Assembly: GCA_963812155.1 (NCBI GenBank)
Contig: CAWETW010000001.1
Coordinates: 805,689 to 869,688, forward strand
Length of the DNA: 64,000 bases
Direction of reading: 5' to 3'
Origin: Vulcanimicrobiota bacterium
Lineage (GTDB): Bacteria > Vulcanimicrobiota > Vulcanimicrobiia > Vulcanimicrobiales > Vulcanimicrobiaceae
Both the position numbers and the translations under genes were made by a program. The notes beneath the pieces were generated by a model. That model worked only from the letters and a program-made list of their open reading frames with translations, was not told the DNA's origin and did no database searches. Positions 1 through 9,241 of the stretch are shown in pieces. How positions within the stretch are numbered: the first letter of the stretch is position 1; each line of letters begins with the position of its first letter.

Positions 1-33
1 GGTCAGCCGCGCCGCGCTCAGAAGCCGGGCCGA

Positions 34-1903
34 ATGCATCGGAGCGCGATCTTGATACTTTTGGCACTCGCCGGCACGCCCGCAGCGGCATGGGCCGGCT
101 CGCCGGCACCCGTCACGCTGGTGCTCGACGCGTCGCAGGCATCCCGGGGCATCCTCTATGCCCACGAGCGGATTCCCGTCTCGCCGGGTCCGCTGACGCT
201 CGTCTATCCCAAGTGGATACCGGGCGAACACGCGCCGTCCGGGCCGCTGAACGATCTTGCCGCGATGCGCGTCGCCGCAAACGGCGTTGCGCTCGACTGG
301 CGGCGCGATCGCATCGATCTCTACGCATTTCACGTCATCGTGCCGCCGGGCGCCGCCGCGGTGGACGTCGACTTCGACGTGCTCCTCAACGCGCCGGGCG
401 ACGTTATGTCGACGCGCTCGCTGACGATCGTAAACTGGAATCGCGCGTTGCTCTATCGCGAGGGCACCGACTCCCACGACGCTCAATTCAAACCGTCGAT
501 TCTGCTACCCGACGGCTGGCAATATGCGACCGCGCTGCGCGATCCGGTGCAATCGGGCAATCGCGTCGAGTTTGCGGTGACGCCGCTCAATCATCTCGTC
601 GATTCGCCGCTCGACCTCGGGCGCTTTGCGAAGAAATGGGATTTATGGAAAGACGGGTCGTCGTTCGTGCAGCTCGACGCGTTCGCCGACGACCCGCAAG
701 ACCTCGACATACCGGCGGAACTGTTGCAAGCCTATCGCCGCCTGCCGGCCGAGGCATTCGCAATGTACGGGTCGCGTCATTTCATCGACTATCACGCACT
801 GCTCGCGCTCAGCGATGCGATCGCCTCGGACGGCATCGAGCACCACCAGTCGAGCGACAATCGCGCGGCGACGCGATTTTCTGACGGATCCGTCGCAGTC
901 GCTCTCCGGAGGCGACCTCATACCGCACGAGTTCTCTCATTCATGGAACGGCAAGTACCGGCGTCCGGAGGATCTGACGACGCCGAACTTCCAAGTGCCG
1001 ATGCAGACCGATCTCTTGTGGGTTTACGAGGGCATGAACCAGTATCTCGGCGACTTGCTCTCGTTCCGGTGCGGCATTCGCGAACCCAAAGCGTTCCCCG
1101 AATATCTCGCCTCGGTGTATGCCGGCATGGATTTAGAATCGGGCCGCGCGACGACGCCCCTCATCGACGTGACGACCGGCGCACCGTATTACTATTTGGC
1201 GCACGGCGACTACGATTCCATTCGCCGGAACTCCAACGACTTTTATAACGAAGGCGAACTCCTTTGGCTCGACGTCGATACGATCGTGCGTGCGCAATCG
1301 CACGGCACGCGTTCGCTCGAGACGTTCCTGCACCGTTTCACCGAACCGTCCACCACCGGACCGGTCGTCGTGACGTACACGCGCGAGCAGATCGAAGCGC
1401 TCCTTAACGCCGTCGAGCCCTACGACTGGCACGAGTTCTTCGAGCGTTACGTGTACCGTCCGGCACCGCATCCGCCCACCGACGAACTCGAACGCGCCGG
1501 CTGGCGTCTCGCGTATACGGCGACGCGCAACGAGTTCGTCACGGCCGGCGACGGAGAGGATAGCATCTCGGGATGGTACGCCTACGGAGCGAACCTCACC
1601 ACGCAAGGCGTCGTCCGCGACGTCCGCACGAACTCGGCGGCGTGGCGCGCGGGGCTCGTACCGGGAATGACGATTCTCGCGGTCGACGGTCAGCAGTTTT
1701 CCGCCGGCGTCCTCGAATACGCCGTGCGGCGCGCGCAGCATGCGAGCGCGCCGATTGCGCTGATCGTCAAACAGACGGGTTGGTACCAGACGCTGTCGCT
1801 CGACTATCACGACGGCGTGCGCTATCCGCATCTCGAGCGCATCGAGAGCACGCCCGACATGCTCGCTTCAATCGCCGCTTCTCGGGTGAAGGCGCCACCG
1901 TAA
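34..1903 (+). CDS. Secreted M61 family (glycyl) aminopeptidase with C-terminal PDZ domain; one frameshift near 870
   Basis: Signal peptide and PKWIPGEH in ORF 34..1248, GIEHHQS, then HEFSHSWNGKYRRP and LWVYEG in ORF 626..1903, PDZ-like tail (SAAWRAGLVPGMTILAVDG). Confidence 0.9.
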
Positions 1904-1937
1904 CGCCGTCATCGTTAGCGGAGCTACTTTGGGGTGC

Positions 1938-2390
1938 TTATTTGCCGTCGGCCCAGGCCCAAGCCGTGATACGCCAACCGGCGGGCGTATTTTTCACGAC
2001 GAGCGTCCACGTCGAGCCCGTCTGCGTCGTCGGCTTTCCGCGATGGTTGAACGTATACGTCGTCGGCACGACGACGTAGGCGACGTTTCCCGTGACGTTC
2101 ACGTGGATCGGCGTGCCAAGGTTGATCCTTGCATCCGTGTCACCGTCCTGCTTTGAGAAGGCGACGAAGGCATCGTACCAGACGCTGCACGACATCCAGG
2201 CGTGCGGCGGAAAATCATCGATGATGGCCGTCGCGGAAGCGCAGGCGGCCTGCATACCCTTTACGCTGGCGGCATTGAAGCCGTCGGTAAACTGACGGAC
2301 CGCCGTCATTGGGCCGGCGGGCGTTGCGGCGATCGTGAAAGCCGCAAGGATAAGCGACGACGCGATAACTCTCGTACGGCAGAAGCGCAT
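1938..2390 (-). CDS. Secreted NTF2/SnoaL-like (DUF4440-type) protein
   Basis: Signal peptide MRFCRTRVIASSLILAAFTIAA; IIDDFPPHAW and WTLVVKNTPAGWRITAWAW typical of NTF2-like folds. Confidence 0.65.
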   Translation of the reverse strand: MRFCRTRVIASSLILAAFTIAATPAGPMTAVRQFTDGFNAASVKGMQAACASATAIIDDFPPHAWMSCSVWYDAFVAFSKQDGDTDARINLGTPIHVNVTGNVAYVVVPTTYTFNHRGKPTTQTGSTWTLVVKNTPAGWRITAWAWADGK

Positions 2391-2599
2391 TGTAGAATCC
2401 TCTCGATTTTGGGATGACCGTGCGCGTACCTCATGGAGTAAACAGTTTCCTTGGAAGGCCGGGAGTGAACCCGGACATACATCAATTGGAAACGATTTAG
2501 ATGATCGTTCCTCCACCGTGCGCCTCAACGTCGACAAATCCGTTCGGGCAAGCGTATTTTTTCAACCCATGCGAGAAACTTCCGCGGTGGCATGCTGAC

Positions 2600-2806
2600 G
2601 CTGCTCGTTCGGATTTCGTCTGGACCGAATGTGGATACACCGGCAACCCGCTACGTTGGTTAGCGTAGGCCGGCGTAACGACTACGTCTGCGGCGTACCG
2701 CTAACGTGCCCCGGACCCGAGGCATTGGGAAGCCTTGGCGACGTTGGCATACCCAGCGGTTATGCAGTAGCCCCCGCTGGCTCGTCTAGCGCCGGGGCTT
2801 CATTTT
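2600..2806 (+). ncRNA. Candidate structured non-coding RNA of unknown family
   Basis: Intergenic, dense helices, TGGCATGCT extended -10-like element at 2588-2596, ends in GC stem plus TTCATTTT. Confidence 0.45.
2769..2806 (+). terminator. Intrinsic terminator
   Basis: AGCCCC/GGGGCT and CGCTGG/CTAGCG stem followed by a T-rich tract. Confidence 0.65.
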
Positions 2807-2830
2807 AACTTAACCGCCGGAGCGCCCCAG

Positions 2831-3496
2831 CTAGAGGTTCACCCAGCTACCGTTCCGCAACACCTCAACCTTTGTAATCGGTTCGATTTCCCACGGCGTC
2901 GCAGTTCCGCCGTGGGTTTCGCTAAATGACTCTTGATCGTATAATAACCAGCCGGTAATGCGGATACGATTGCCCCCTGCAACGCCGCGCAGATTCACCG
3001 GTCGCCACGACGTATAGGCGGCGCGCCAACGGGGCGTTATTTCGCCAAGAATAATTTGCTGGCCGTTTGTTACGCCGGGTCGCTGAGCCAGAAAGAGTTC
3101 AACATCTTCATCGCTTGGCTGCGTCGATCCGCAATTGCTCGGCTCGCCCGTTTCGCGCGCGACCTGCAGAATGTAACCGGTGAACACAGCGCCCTGGGCC
3201 TCATGCGGTTCAATCGTCGCGCGTGCGGACGGGGGCCAGTTCGCGCGCATGGCGGGCGTGCCGACGGGTAGCTCCGGCAGCTGTTTCATACCGGCAACGG
3301 TGATCGGATTGGCAGATGCCGGCGCGGTGCTGCGGTTCTTGAGAGTGTTTACTTGCGGGTCCCCGCCGGAGCCGTGCGCGGGACAGCCTGCGAAAGAACC
3401 GGATGCGACGGCGTTCGGAGCGGCCGAAGCCGGCATTAAGGTCGCAAGAACAATGGCAGCGACCACGGCAGCGATCGAGTGATGGGGAACGTACAT
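2831..3496 (-). CDS. Secreted hypothetical protein
   Basis: GGAGG RBS, signal peptide (ASA-AP), two Cys, RIRITGWLLYD and WEIEPIT motifs. Confidence 0.7.
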   Translation of the reverse strand: MYVPHHSIAAVVAAIVLATLMPASAAPNAVASGSFAGCPAHGSGGDPQVNTLKNRSTAPASANPITVAGMKQLPELPVGTPAMRANWPPSARATIEPHEAQGAVFTGYILQVARETGEPSNCGSTQPSDEDVELFLAQRPGVTNGQQIILGEITPRWRAAYTSWRPVNLRGVAGGNRIRITGWLLYDQESFSETHGGTATPWEIEPITKVEVLRNGSWVNL

Positions 3497-3653
3497 CGTC
3501 CCTACCTCCTCCGCTTAACATTCGCTTGACCCAAGGTCGCGTCCCTCATCGGCCCGTCCGAGATGCAACCTCACCTGAACTCGGATGGCAACGCAATGGC
3601 AATCGGGGCGAAAATGGCCACGCGAGAAACGCTGTAATAACGGCCAGTTTCTA

Positions 3654-3961
3654 TGGGATGGCCGGGACTCGAACCCGGACGTCCTTTCGGACTGCAGATT
3701 TTCGCACCACTATGGCTTTCGCCACCGCACCTTGCGTTTGTGGTCCGGACTGTGCCTTGACCGTATGAGGATCGATCTCACGTAGGCCGCGCCCGTCCAG
3801 TCTCTACACCTTCTCCGCAATCTACGGAGCTTGGCTCGGCGTCGTCACGTCTTTACGAAAGAGAGTTCGCCGAATTTGAGCGCATCCCGCAGTGCGTTTC
3901 CTTCACTGCGGCTCAACCGATGTGTCAAGTCTGCTGTGTCTACCGATTCCACCACCATCCC
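3654..3961 (-). tRNA. trnL: tRNA-Leu(UAA) interrupted by a group I intron; exons 3961-3927 and 3702-3654
   Basis: 5' exon GGGATGGTGGTGGAATCGGTAGACACAGCAGACTT joins 3' exon AAAATCTGCAGTCCGAAAGGACGTCCGGGTTCGAGTCCCGGCCATCCCA; acceptor GGGATGG/CCATCCC, anticodon stem GCAGA/TCTGC, loop CTTAAAA, long variable arm, no encoded CCA. Confidence 0.95.
3703..3926 (-). ncRNA. Self-splicing group I intron (IC3-like), 224 nt, no ORF
   Basis: Core motifs CAAATTCGGCGAA, CGCCGAGCCAAG, GAAGGTGTAGAGACTGGACGG, AAGGCACAGTCC, GTGGCGAAAGCCA; terminal G at 3703; U before the 5' splice site. Confidence 0.95.
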
Positions 3962-3972
3962 ATGACCGAGCG

Positions 3973-4215
3973 CTATTGGCGGTAGTGCTCGACGGTGTCT
4001 TCCGAACGCAAGTGCGCGACGTTGGGGTCCTGCCCGGCATCGCGGCGCGCGCGACGCTGGCGAAGGAGATCCCAAAACTGGTCGAGCTGCACCTCCACCG
4101 TTTCCAGGCGGCGCCGGTCGTCGGGCGTTAGGGAACGAGTTTCGCCGCGTTCGAGCAGTTGATGCTCTTCGGACACGAGCTGCTCGATGTGAGCGCGTAT
4201 TTGAGCGTCATCCAT
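3973..4215 (-). CDS. DUF2630 family protein
   Basis: MDDAQIRAHIEQLVSEEHQL...EVQLDQFWDLLRQRRARRDAG...VEHYRQ; TAATG overlap with ppx stop. Confidence 0.85.
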   Translation of the reverse strand: MDDAQIRAHIEQLVSEEHQLLERGETRSLTPDDRRRLETVEVQLDQFWDLLRQRRARRDAGQDPNVAHLRSEDTVEHYRQ

Positions 4216-5195
4216 TACGTTAGATTCCTTAACGGACGAGAGCCTGCGCGCGGGAAGCCGACTTCTCCTGCCGTCGGGCCGGCGGTGTCGCGGTGTTGCA
4301 GCATGACGCCCAGCAGCAAATCCGAGGTCGTCGCCACGCATTCCGAATGGCCGATGCTCTCCAGTGCGGTGTCGAGCACCACGATACCGGCCGGTAAGAT
4401 GTCGGCACGCTGTGGCTTCATGCCGGCCACTTTTTTGCGCTCCTCGAGCGGCATGGCGCAAAGACGCTCCAGCACGCCCTGCAAATCGTCGCGCGTCAAG
4501 CGAAACGCCGGCAGCGTTCCGCGGCGCCCACGCAATATTCCGGCTACGGTCGTTGCCGAGCCGCCCACCAATGCGACGCGTTCGACCGCGTCGCACTCCG
4601 CGATCGGCTTCAGGGCTTCCCGCGCGAGGCTGCGCGCGCGCTCGATGGTTTCGGAATCGACCGCGCCGTCGCGTCCGGCCATCTTCGGCAACGCTTCGGT
4701 GAGACCGACCGCGCCGACCTCGCACGACAGCACTCGGTCGGGGACAACGCCCGTGCCAACCGCATACTCGGTGCTGCCGCCCCCCGCATCCACGACGCCG
4801 GCTCGCTCGCCCCGCAGTGTGCCCAGGGCCGAAATCGCGCCGCGATACGACGCCGTGGCCTCCTCATCTCCGGAAAGCACGCGCATCGGCACGCCGAGTA
4901 TTTCCTGTGCTCGCGCGAGGAACTCCTCAGCGTTGCTCGCGCGGCGCACGGCGCTCGTCGCAATCGCAAAGAGCCGGACGTAATGCCCGCGGATGCGCCG
5001 TTGCAGCTGTGCGATGGCATCGAGCGTACGGCGCATCGGCTCCTCTCCCAACGGGTCGCTCGAGCCTAGACCCTCTCCGATGCGCGTGCCGATCGACGCT
5101 CCCGCTTCGATGCGCGGAACGTCCGGTGCAACGTCGGCGAGCAACATGCGCGTCGAATTCGTGCCGACGGAAACGACGGCGTAGCGCTTGCTCAA
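4215..5195 (-). CDS. ppx: Ppx/GppA family exopolyphosphatase
   Basis: VGTNSTRM, ATSAVRRASN, LSGDEEA, DAGGGSTE, RADILPAG motifs. Confidence 0.92.
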   Translation of the reverse strand: MSKRYAVVSVGTNSTRMLLADVAPDVPRIEAGASIGTRIGEGLGSSDPLGEEPMRRTLDAIAQLQRRIRGHYVRLFAIATSAVRRASNAEEFLARAQEILGVPMRVLSGDEEATASYRGAISALGTLRGERAGVVDAGGGSTEYAVGTGVVPDRVLSCEVGAVGLTEALPKMAGRDGAVDSETIERARSLAREALKPIAECDAVERVALVGGSATTVAGILRGRRGTLPAFRLTRDDLQGVLERLCAMPLEERKKVAGMKPQRADILPAGIVVLDTALESIGHSECVATTSDLLLGVMLQHRDTAGPTAGEVGFPRAGSRPLRNLT

Positions 5196-5539
5196 TCTTG
5201 GGCGAACAGCGCTGCGCGCCGCTTCTTACGAAGAAAGTGCCGTTCGGCTTGCGGCACGCCGTCGGGCGCGTCCCATTCTTGTGTGCTGCGCAAATACGAA
5301 GCGATCTGTTCGTCCAATTCCTCGTCGCGGATCTGCGGCGCAAGCGCGACGACCGGGCGCCGCCCTTCGCGACGCAGCTCAAACGCCAGTTCCCGGCGCG
5401 ATGTGAGCGAGCGCTGATAATCCGCGCGGTGGGCTTCGACGTCGGCGGGCGGCGCGCTCGCCAGATCGCCGTTTTCTAAGCGCACGGTCGCACCGTAGGC
5501 GTTGAGGTTGATGACGATGCCGTCGACCGGTTCGTTCAC
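5192..5539 (-). CDS. Small S1-like RNA-binding domain protein
   Basis: VDGIVINLNAYGATVRLENG resembles the S1 N-terminus; overlapping start/stop with neighbours. Confidence 0.6.
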   Translation of the reverse strand: MNEPVDGIVINLNAYGATVRLENGDLASAPPADVEAHRADYQRSLTSRRELAFELRREGRRPVVALAPQIRDEELDEQIASYLRSTQEWDAPDGVPQAERHFLRKKRRAALFAQD

Positions 5540-5853
5540 TGAGCCGGCGACGGAACCGGGCTAACGAAGATGATCGTCTCGTTCTTGCTCACCATGCGCA
5601 ACCGATCGTGGATCTCGGGAACTGCGCCTTCGGGATCGCGCAGTCGCGCAATCTCGGCGCGCTGCTGCAACCGGCGCTTTTCAAGGGTCGCAACGTCCGC
5701 GCGAATTGAGGAGAGTTGACGTGCCATCCTCACGTTCTCGCCGATGGCGCGTCCGAACTGAATGGCAACGAGAACTGCGACGAGGAGTCCGAGCGCAGCG
5801 GCCGTGATCCGGCCGGCAAGACGAAGGACGAGTTGCGATTGCGAGTGCTTCAC
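5536..5853 (-). CDS. Septum formation initiator (DivIC/FtsB family)
   Basis: Single TM, coiled coil, RLRDP...HDRLRMVSKNETIIFV. Confidence 0.8.
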   Translation of the reverse strand: MKHSQSQLVLRLAGRITAAALGLLVAVLVAIQFGRAIGENVRMARQLSSIRADVATLEKRRLQQRAEIARLRDPEGAVPEIHDRLRMVSKNETIIFVSPVPSPAQ

Positions 5854-5859
5854 GAATTC

Positions 5860-6834
5860 CTAACGGACCGGTTCTGCATCGGGGCGCCAAGTGCCTATGC
5901 GACGGTACTTTTCGTAGCGCTCGTCGAGCAGGCGTTCAGCCGGAAGCCCTTCCAGACGCGAAAGCGCTTCGTCGATCGATCCCAAAACGCGCGCCACGAC
6001 GGAACCCGCATCGCGATGCGCGCCGCCAAGCGGCTCCGGCACGATTTCGTCGATGATGCCGAAACGCTGCAAGTCTTGCGCCGTGAGCTTCAGCCGCGCC
6101 GCCGCCTCCTCGGCCTTGCCGGCGTCCGACCAGAGAATCGCGGCACAACCCTCGGGCGACGCGACCGAATACGTACTGTGCTCCAGCATGATGACGTGGT
6201 CGGCGATCGCCAGCGCGAGCGCCCCGCCCGAACCGCCTTCGCCGATGACGGTGGCCACGATGGGTGTGCGGGCTTGCGTGAACTCCTGGAGACAGCTTGC
6301 GATCGCTTCCGATTGCGCGTGCTCTTCCGACGATATTCCGGGGTCGGCACCCTTGGTGTCGACGAGCGTCACGATCGGCAATCCCCAGCGCGACGCCAAG
6401 TTAGCCAAGCGGCGCACTTTGCGATATCCCTCGGGCGCCGGCATTCCGAAGTTGCGGCGAAGGTTCTCTTTGGTGTCGCGCCCACGCTGCTGGCCGATCG
6501 CCATGACCGGCCTCCCGCGCAGCAGTGCAAATCCGCCGACGATCGCGGGATCGTCGCGATACTGGCGGTCGCCATGGAGTTCGTCGAAGCGGTCGAAGCG
6601 CGAGATGTAATCGAGCGCGGTGGGACGGTTCGGATGGCGCGCCATGTGCACTTTTTCCCACGGCGTCAGCGTGCCGAAGACCTCGCGCAGCACCTCTTGG
6701 TATTTGCGCTCGAGCGCGGCGATCTCCGAAGACATGTCGACGGGCTGCGTGGAGTTCGCCGCGCGCAACTCGGCGATGCGGCGTTCGAGTTCCACCAAAC
6801 CCTTTTCGCGTTCGACGATCGGATTGTTGTTCAC
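5860..6834 (-). CDS. accA: Acetyl-CoA carboxylase carboxyltransferase alpha subunit
   Basis: ARHPNRP, ELHGDR, RNFGMPAPEGYRK, GEGGSGGALA. Confidence 0.97.
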   Translation of the reverse strand: MNNNPIVEREKGLVELERRIAELRAANSTQPVDMSSEIAALERKYQEVLREVFGTLTPWEKVHMARHPNRPTALDYISRFDRFDELHGDRQYRDDPAIVGGFALLRGRPVMAIGQQRGRDTKENLRRNFGMPAPEGYRKVRRLANLASRWGLPIVTLVDTKGADPGISSEEHAQSEAIASCLQEFTQARTPIVATVIGEGGSGGALALAIADHVIMLEHSTYSVASPEGCAAILWSDAGKAEEAAARLKLTAQDLQRFGIIDEIVPEPLGGAHRDAGSVVARVLGSIDEALSRLEGLPAERLLDERYEKYRRIGTWRPDAEPVR

Positions 6835-7688
6835 GCGCGAACGCCTTTACGCGCGGGGGTCGCGTATTCCAGAAGCCGGACCAGCGTTTCTTTGAGCGCG
6901 CGCCGGTCGACCACCATATCGATGGCGCCTTTTTCGAGTAAAAATTCCGCGGTTTGGAATTGATCCGGAAGACGCTGGCGAATCGTCTGCTCGATCACCC
7001 GCCGTCCGGCAAATCCGACGACCGCTTTGGGCTCGGCCACGATGACGTCGCCTTGAAAGGCGAAGGATGCCGCGACGCCGCCGGTGGTGGGATCGGTGAG
7101 CACCGTAATCAGCACGTTGCCGTCGCCGGTGAAGCGCGTCACGGCCGCAGTCGTCTTTGCCATCTGCGCGAGCGCGAGCATGCCCTCTTCCATTCGCGCG
7201 CCGCCCGAAGCGGTAAACACGATACAGGGAACGCGCCGGCGGCGTGCTTCTTCCAGCAGTTGCGCGATACGCTCGCCTACGACCGTACCCATCGTGCCGC
7301 CGCGAAAATGAAAATCCATCACGCCCAACGCGACGTCGAAGCCGCCGATCTGTCCGAAGCCGCACACGACCGCTTCCGCGAGGCCGCTCTTCTCGCGATC
7401 GCCGTTGAGTTTTGCGGCGTAAGTTCGCTTGTCGGCCCAGCCCAGCGGATCGGCGCTGACGACGTCGGACCCGATCTCCGAGAAATCCCCATCCACGATC
7501 GTGGCGATGCGATCGTAGGCGCCCATGCGAAAATGATGCCCGCAGCGGGTGCACACGTCGGCGTTCGCGAGCAGATCCCGCCGGTACAGTACCTCGCCGC
7601 ACTTCGGACACTTGCTCCACAGCGCGGCTTCGCGTTGGTCGGGCTGCTTCGTGCGGCGCGAACGCAGCCATTCCGGCATCGGCGGCAC
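6831..7688 (-). CDS. accD: Acetyl-CoA carboxylase carboxyltransferase beta subunit
   Basis: CPKC...CTRC zinc finger, SGGARMEEG, PTTGGVAASFA, GFAGRRVIEQT. Confidence 0.97.
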   Translation of the reverse strand: MPPMPEWLRSRRTKQPDQREAALWSKCPKCGEVLYRRDLLANADVCTRCGHHFRMGAYDRIATIVDGDFSEIGSDVVSADPLGWADKRTYAAKLNGDREKSGLAEAVVCGFGQIGGFDVALGVMDFHFRGGTMGTVVGERIAQLLEEARRRRVPCIVFTASGGARMEEGMLALAQMAKTTAAVTRFTGDGNVLITVLTDPTTGGVAASFAFQGDVIVAEPKAVVGFAGRRVIEQTIRQRLPDQFQTAEFLLEKGAIDMVVDRRALKETLVRLLEYATPARKGVRA

Positions 7689-8434
7689 TATCGCCCTCCC
7701 GATGCTGCAGGCGCGACGTCCCCGCGCGGCGCGATGCGTGCCGCATACAGTTTTCCGAGTTGCTTGAGGTAGTTCACGATCTCTTTTTGGTTGAGTTTCG
7801 ATTCGCCGACTTCGCGGTCTTTGAAGACGTACGGCACTTCCAGGACGTCGCCGTATTTGGCTTTGACGATGACCTCGAGCCCGATCTTGAATCCGATCGG
7901 GTCGAGACTAACGCCTTCGAGTGCGTCGCGGCGCACTAAGAAATAGCCGCTGGTGACGTCCTTGACCTTCGTGAGCGGGCGGGCGAGCCAGCATGCGACG
8001 CGCGACGTGACGATGCGCCGTCGCGGCCAGTTCGCGATGCCGCCTCCGGCCACGTAACGGCTGCCCACGGCCAGACCGTAGCGTCCCGATGCAAGGGCTT
8101 CCACCATTTTCGGCAATGCGTTGACGTCGTGGCTGAAATCCGCGTCCATTGCGCCGAGCGCCAGCGACTCCTTACGAGCGACGCTCCAGCCGTCGATCAC
8201 GCCCGACGAAAGGCCCATTTTCCCCGGGCGGTGCAGGCAGCGCACCGGAAGCGCCTGCGCAAGCCGATCGACGATGGCGCCGGTTCCGTCGGGCGAGTTG
8301 TCGTCGACCACCACGATTTCGCCGTCGAGCGCATTGGCGCGAAAGACGTCGTCAAGCGCTCGAAGCAAGTCTTCGATCCCGCCGGCCTCGTTGTACGTCG
8401 GAATGACGATCGAGAATGGTAACGCCGAGTTCAC
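7688..8434 (-). CDS. GT2 polyprenol monophosphomannose synthase-like glycosyltransferase
   Basis: SIVIPTYNE, VVDDNSPDGT, MDADFSH, GSRYV, DVTSGY, GESKL. Confidence 0.9.
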   Translation of the reverse strand: MNSALPFSIVIPTYNEAGGIEDLLRALDDVFRANALDGEIVVVDDNSPDGTGAIVDRLAQALPVRCLHRPGKMGLSSGVIDGWSVARKESLALGAMDADFSHDVNALPKMVEALASGRYGLAVGSRYVAGGGIANWPRRRIVTSRVACWLARPLTKVKDVTSGYFLVRRDALEGVSLDPIGFKIGLEVIVKAKYGDVLEVPYVFKDREVGESKLNQKEIVNYLKQLGKLYAARIAPRGDVAPAASGGR

Positions 8435-8445
8435 AGGCCCGCTAC

Positions 8446-9231
8446 CTACGGTCGCCCGCACGCTTGGCCCTGCGCAAACGCATCGGCCACGGCCAGCAGC
8501 ACCACGGCTGCGGTCTCGGCGCGCAGGATTCTGGGCCCCATCCACACGAGTGCGGCGCCGCGCGCTCGGGCAGCCTCGCTTTCCGCATGCGCGAAGCCGC
8601 CTTCCGGCCCTACCACCAACAGCACCCGGCTGGCGTCGCGCAACAGCTCGGGAAGCGCTTCGCACAATGGTATTCGCGGCGCGAGCTCCCACGCAAACGC
8701 AACCGCGTCGTACTCACCGAATCGCTCGAGCAGCGCGGCAAACGACGGCAGGATCGAATGCACGTGCGGCACGCGCACGCGCCCGCACTGCCGCGACGCC
8801 GACGCGGCCAGCCGGCGCCAGCGTTCTTCTTTTCCAACGTCGGCGCGCGCGACGGAACGCTCGCAACGAAACGGCAAAATCGCTTCCGCGCCGAGTTCGG
8901 TCGTCTTCTCGACGACGTAGTCCATCTTCTGTCCCTTTGGAACCGCTTGCGCTACGTCGAAACGCACGCCGGTTTCGCTGCGTTCGGCCGACACCGTCGA
9001 CACGCCGAGCGTAGCGCGCACGCACGCGCCCTCGATTGCGAGCTCGGCGGCGAACGACGTGCCGGCCGAGTCGATGACTTCAATTTCGTCACCGTCGCGC
9101 AGCCGCAGCACTCGGCGAATCTTGCGCGCGTCGGCACCGCCGATCTCGACGATCGCTCCGCTTGCGCGCACGCCCTCGACGAAAAACCGCCGCGCGCTCC
9201 TTCGACCGCGCCGCGGCGTGTCTCTGCTCAG
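8446..9231 (-). CDS. rsmE: 16S rRNA m3U1498 methyltransferase (start uncertain)
   Basis: RVLRLRDGD, VEKTTELG, ASRQCGR, VGPEGGF, GPRILRAETA. Confidence 0.93.
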   Translation of the reverse strand: MSRDTPRRGRRSARRFFVEGVRASGAIVEIGGADARKIRRVLRLRDGDEIEVIDSAGTSFAAELAIEGACVRATLGVSTVSAERSETGVRFDVAQAVPKGQKMDYVVEKTTELGAEAILPFRCERSVARADVGKEERWRRLAASASRQCGRVRVPHVHSILPSFAALLERFGEYDAVAFAWELAPRIPLCEALPELLRDASRVLLVVGPEGGFAHAESEAARARGAALVWMGPRILRAETAAVVLLAVADAFAQGQACGRP

Positions 9232-9241
9232 GACGACACCT

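Noticed and set aside
2600..2806. SAM-I/IV riboswitch, cobalamin riboswitch or IS200/IS605 omega-RNA
   Set aside because: Only short words match (CCGGCAACCC, GTGCCCCGG, TGGGAAG, CTACGTT); the other required motifs, a downstream regulated gene and any tnpB/iscB are missing
2629..2808. 59-aa ORF MWIHRQP...AGASF
   Set aside because: No RBS, no recognisable family, and it runs through the terminator; kept only as an alternative explanation
3703..3926. Homing endonuclease in the intron
   Set aside because: The 224 nt are taken up by ribozyme structure; overlapping ORFs are shadows
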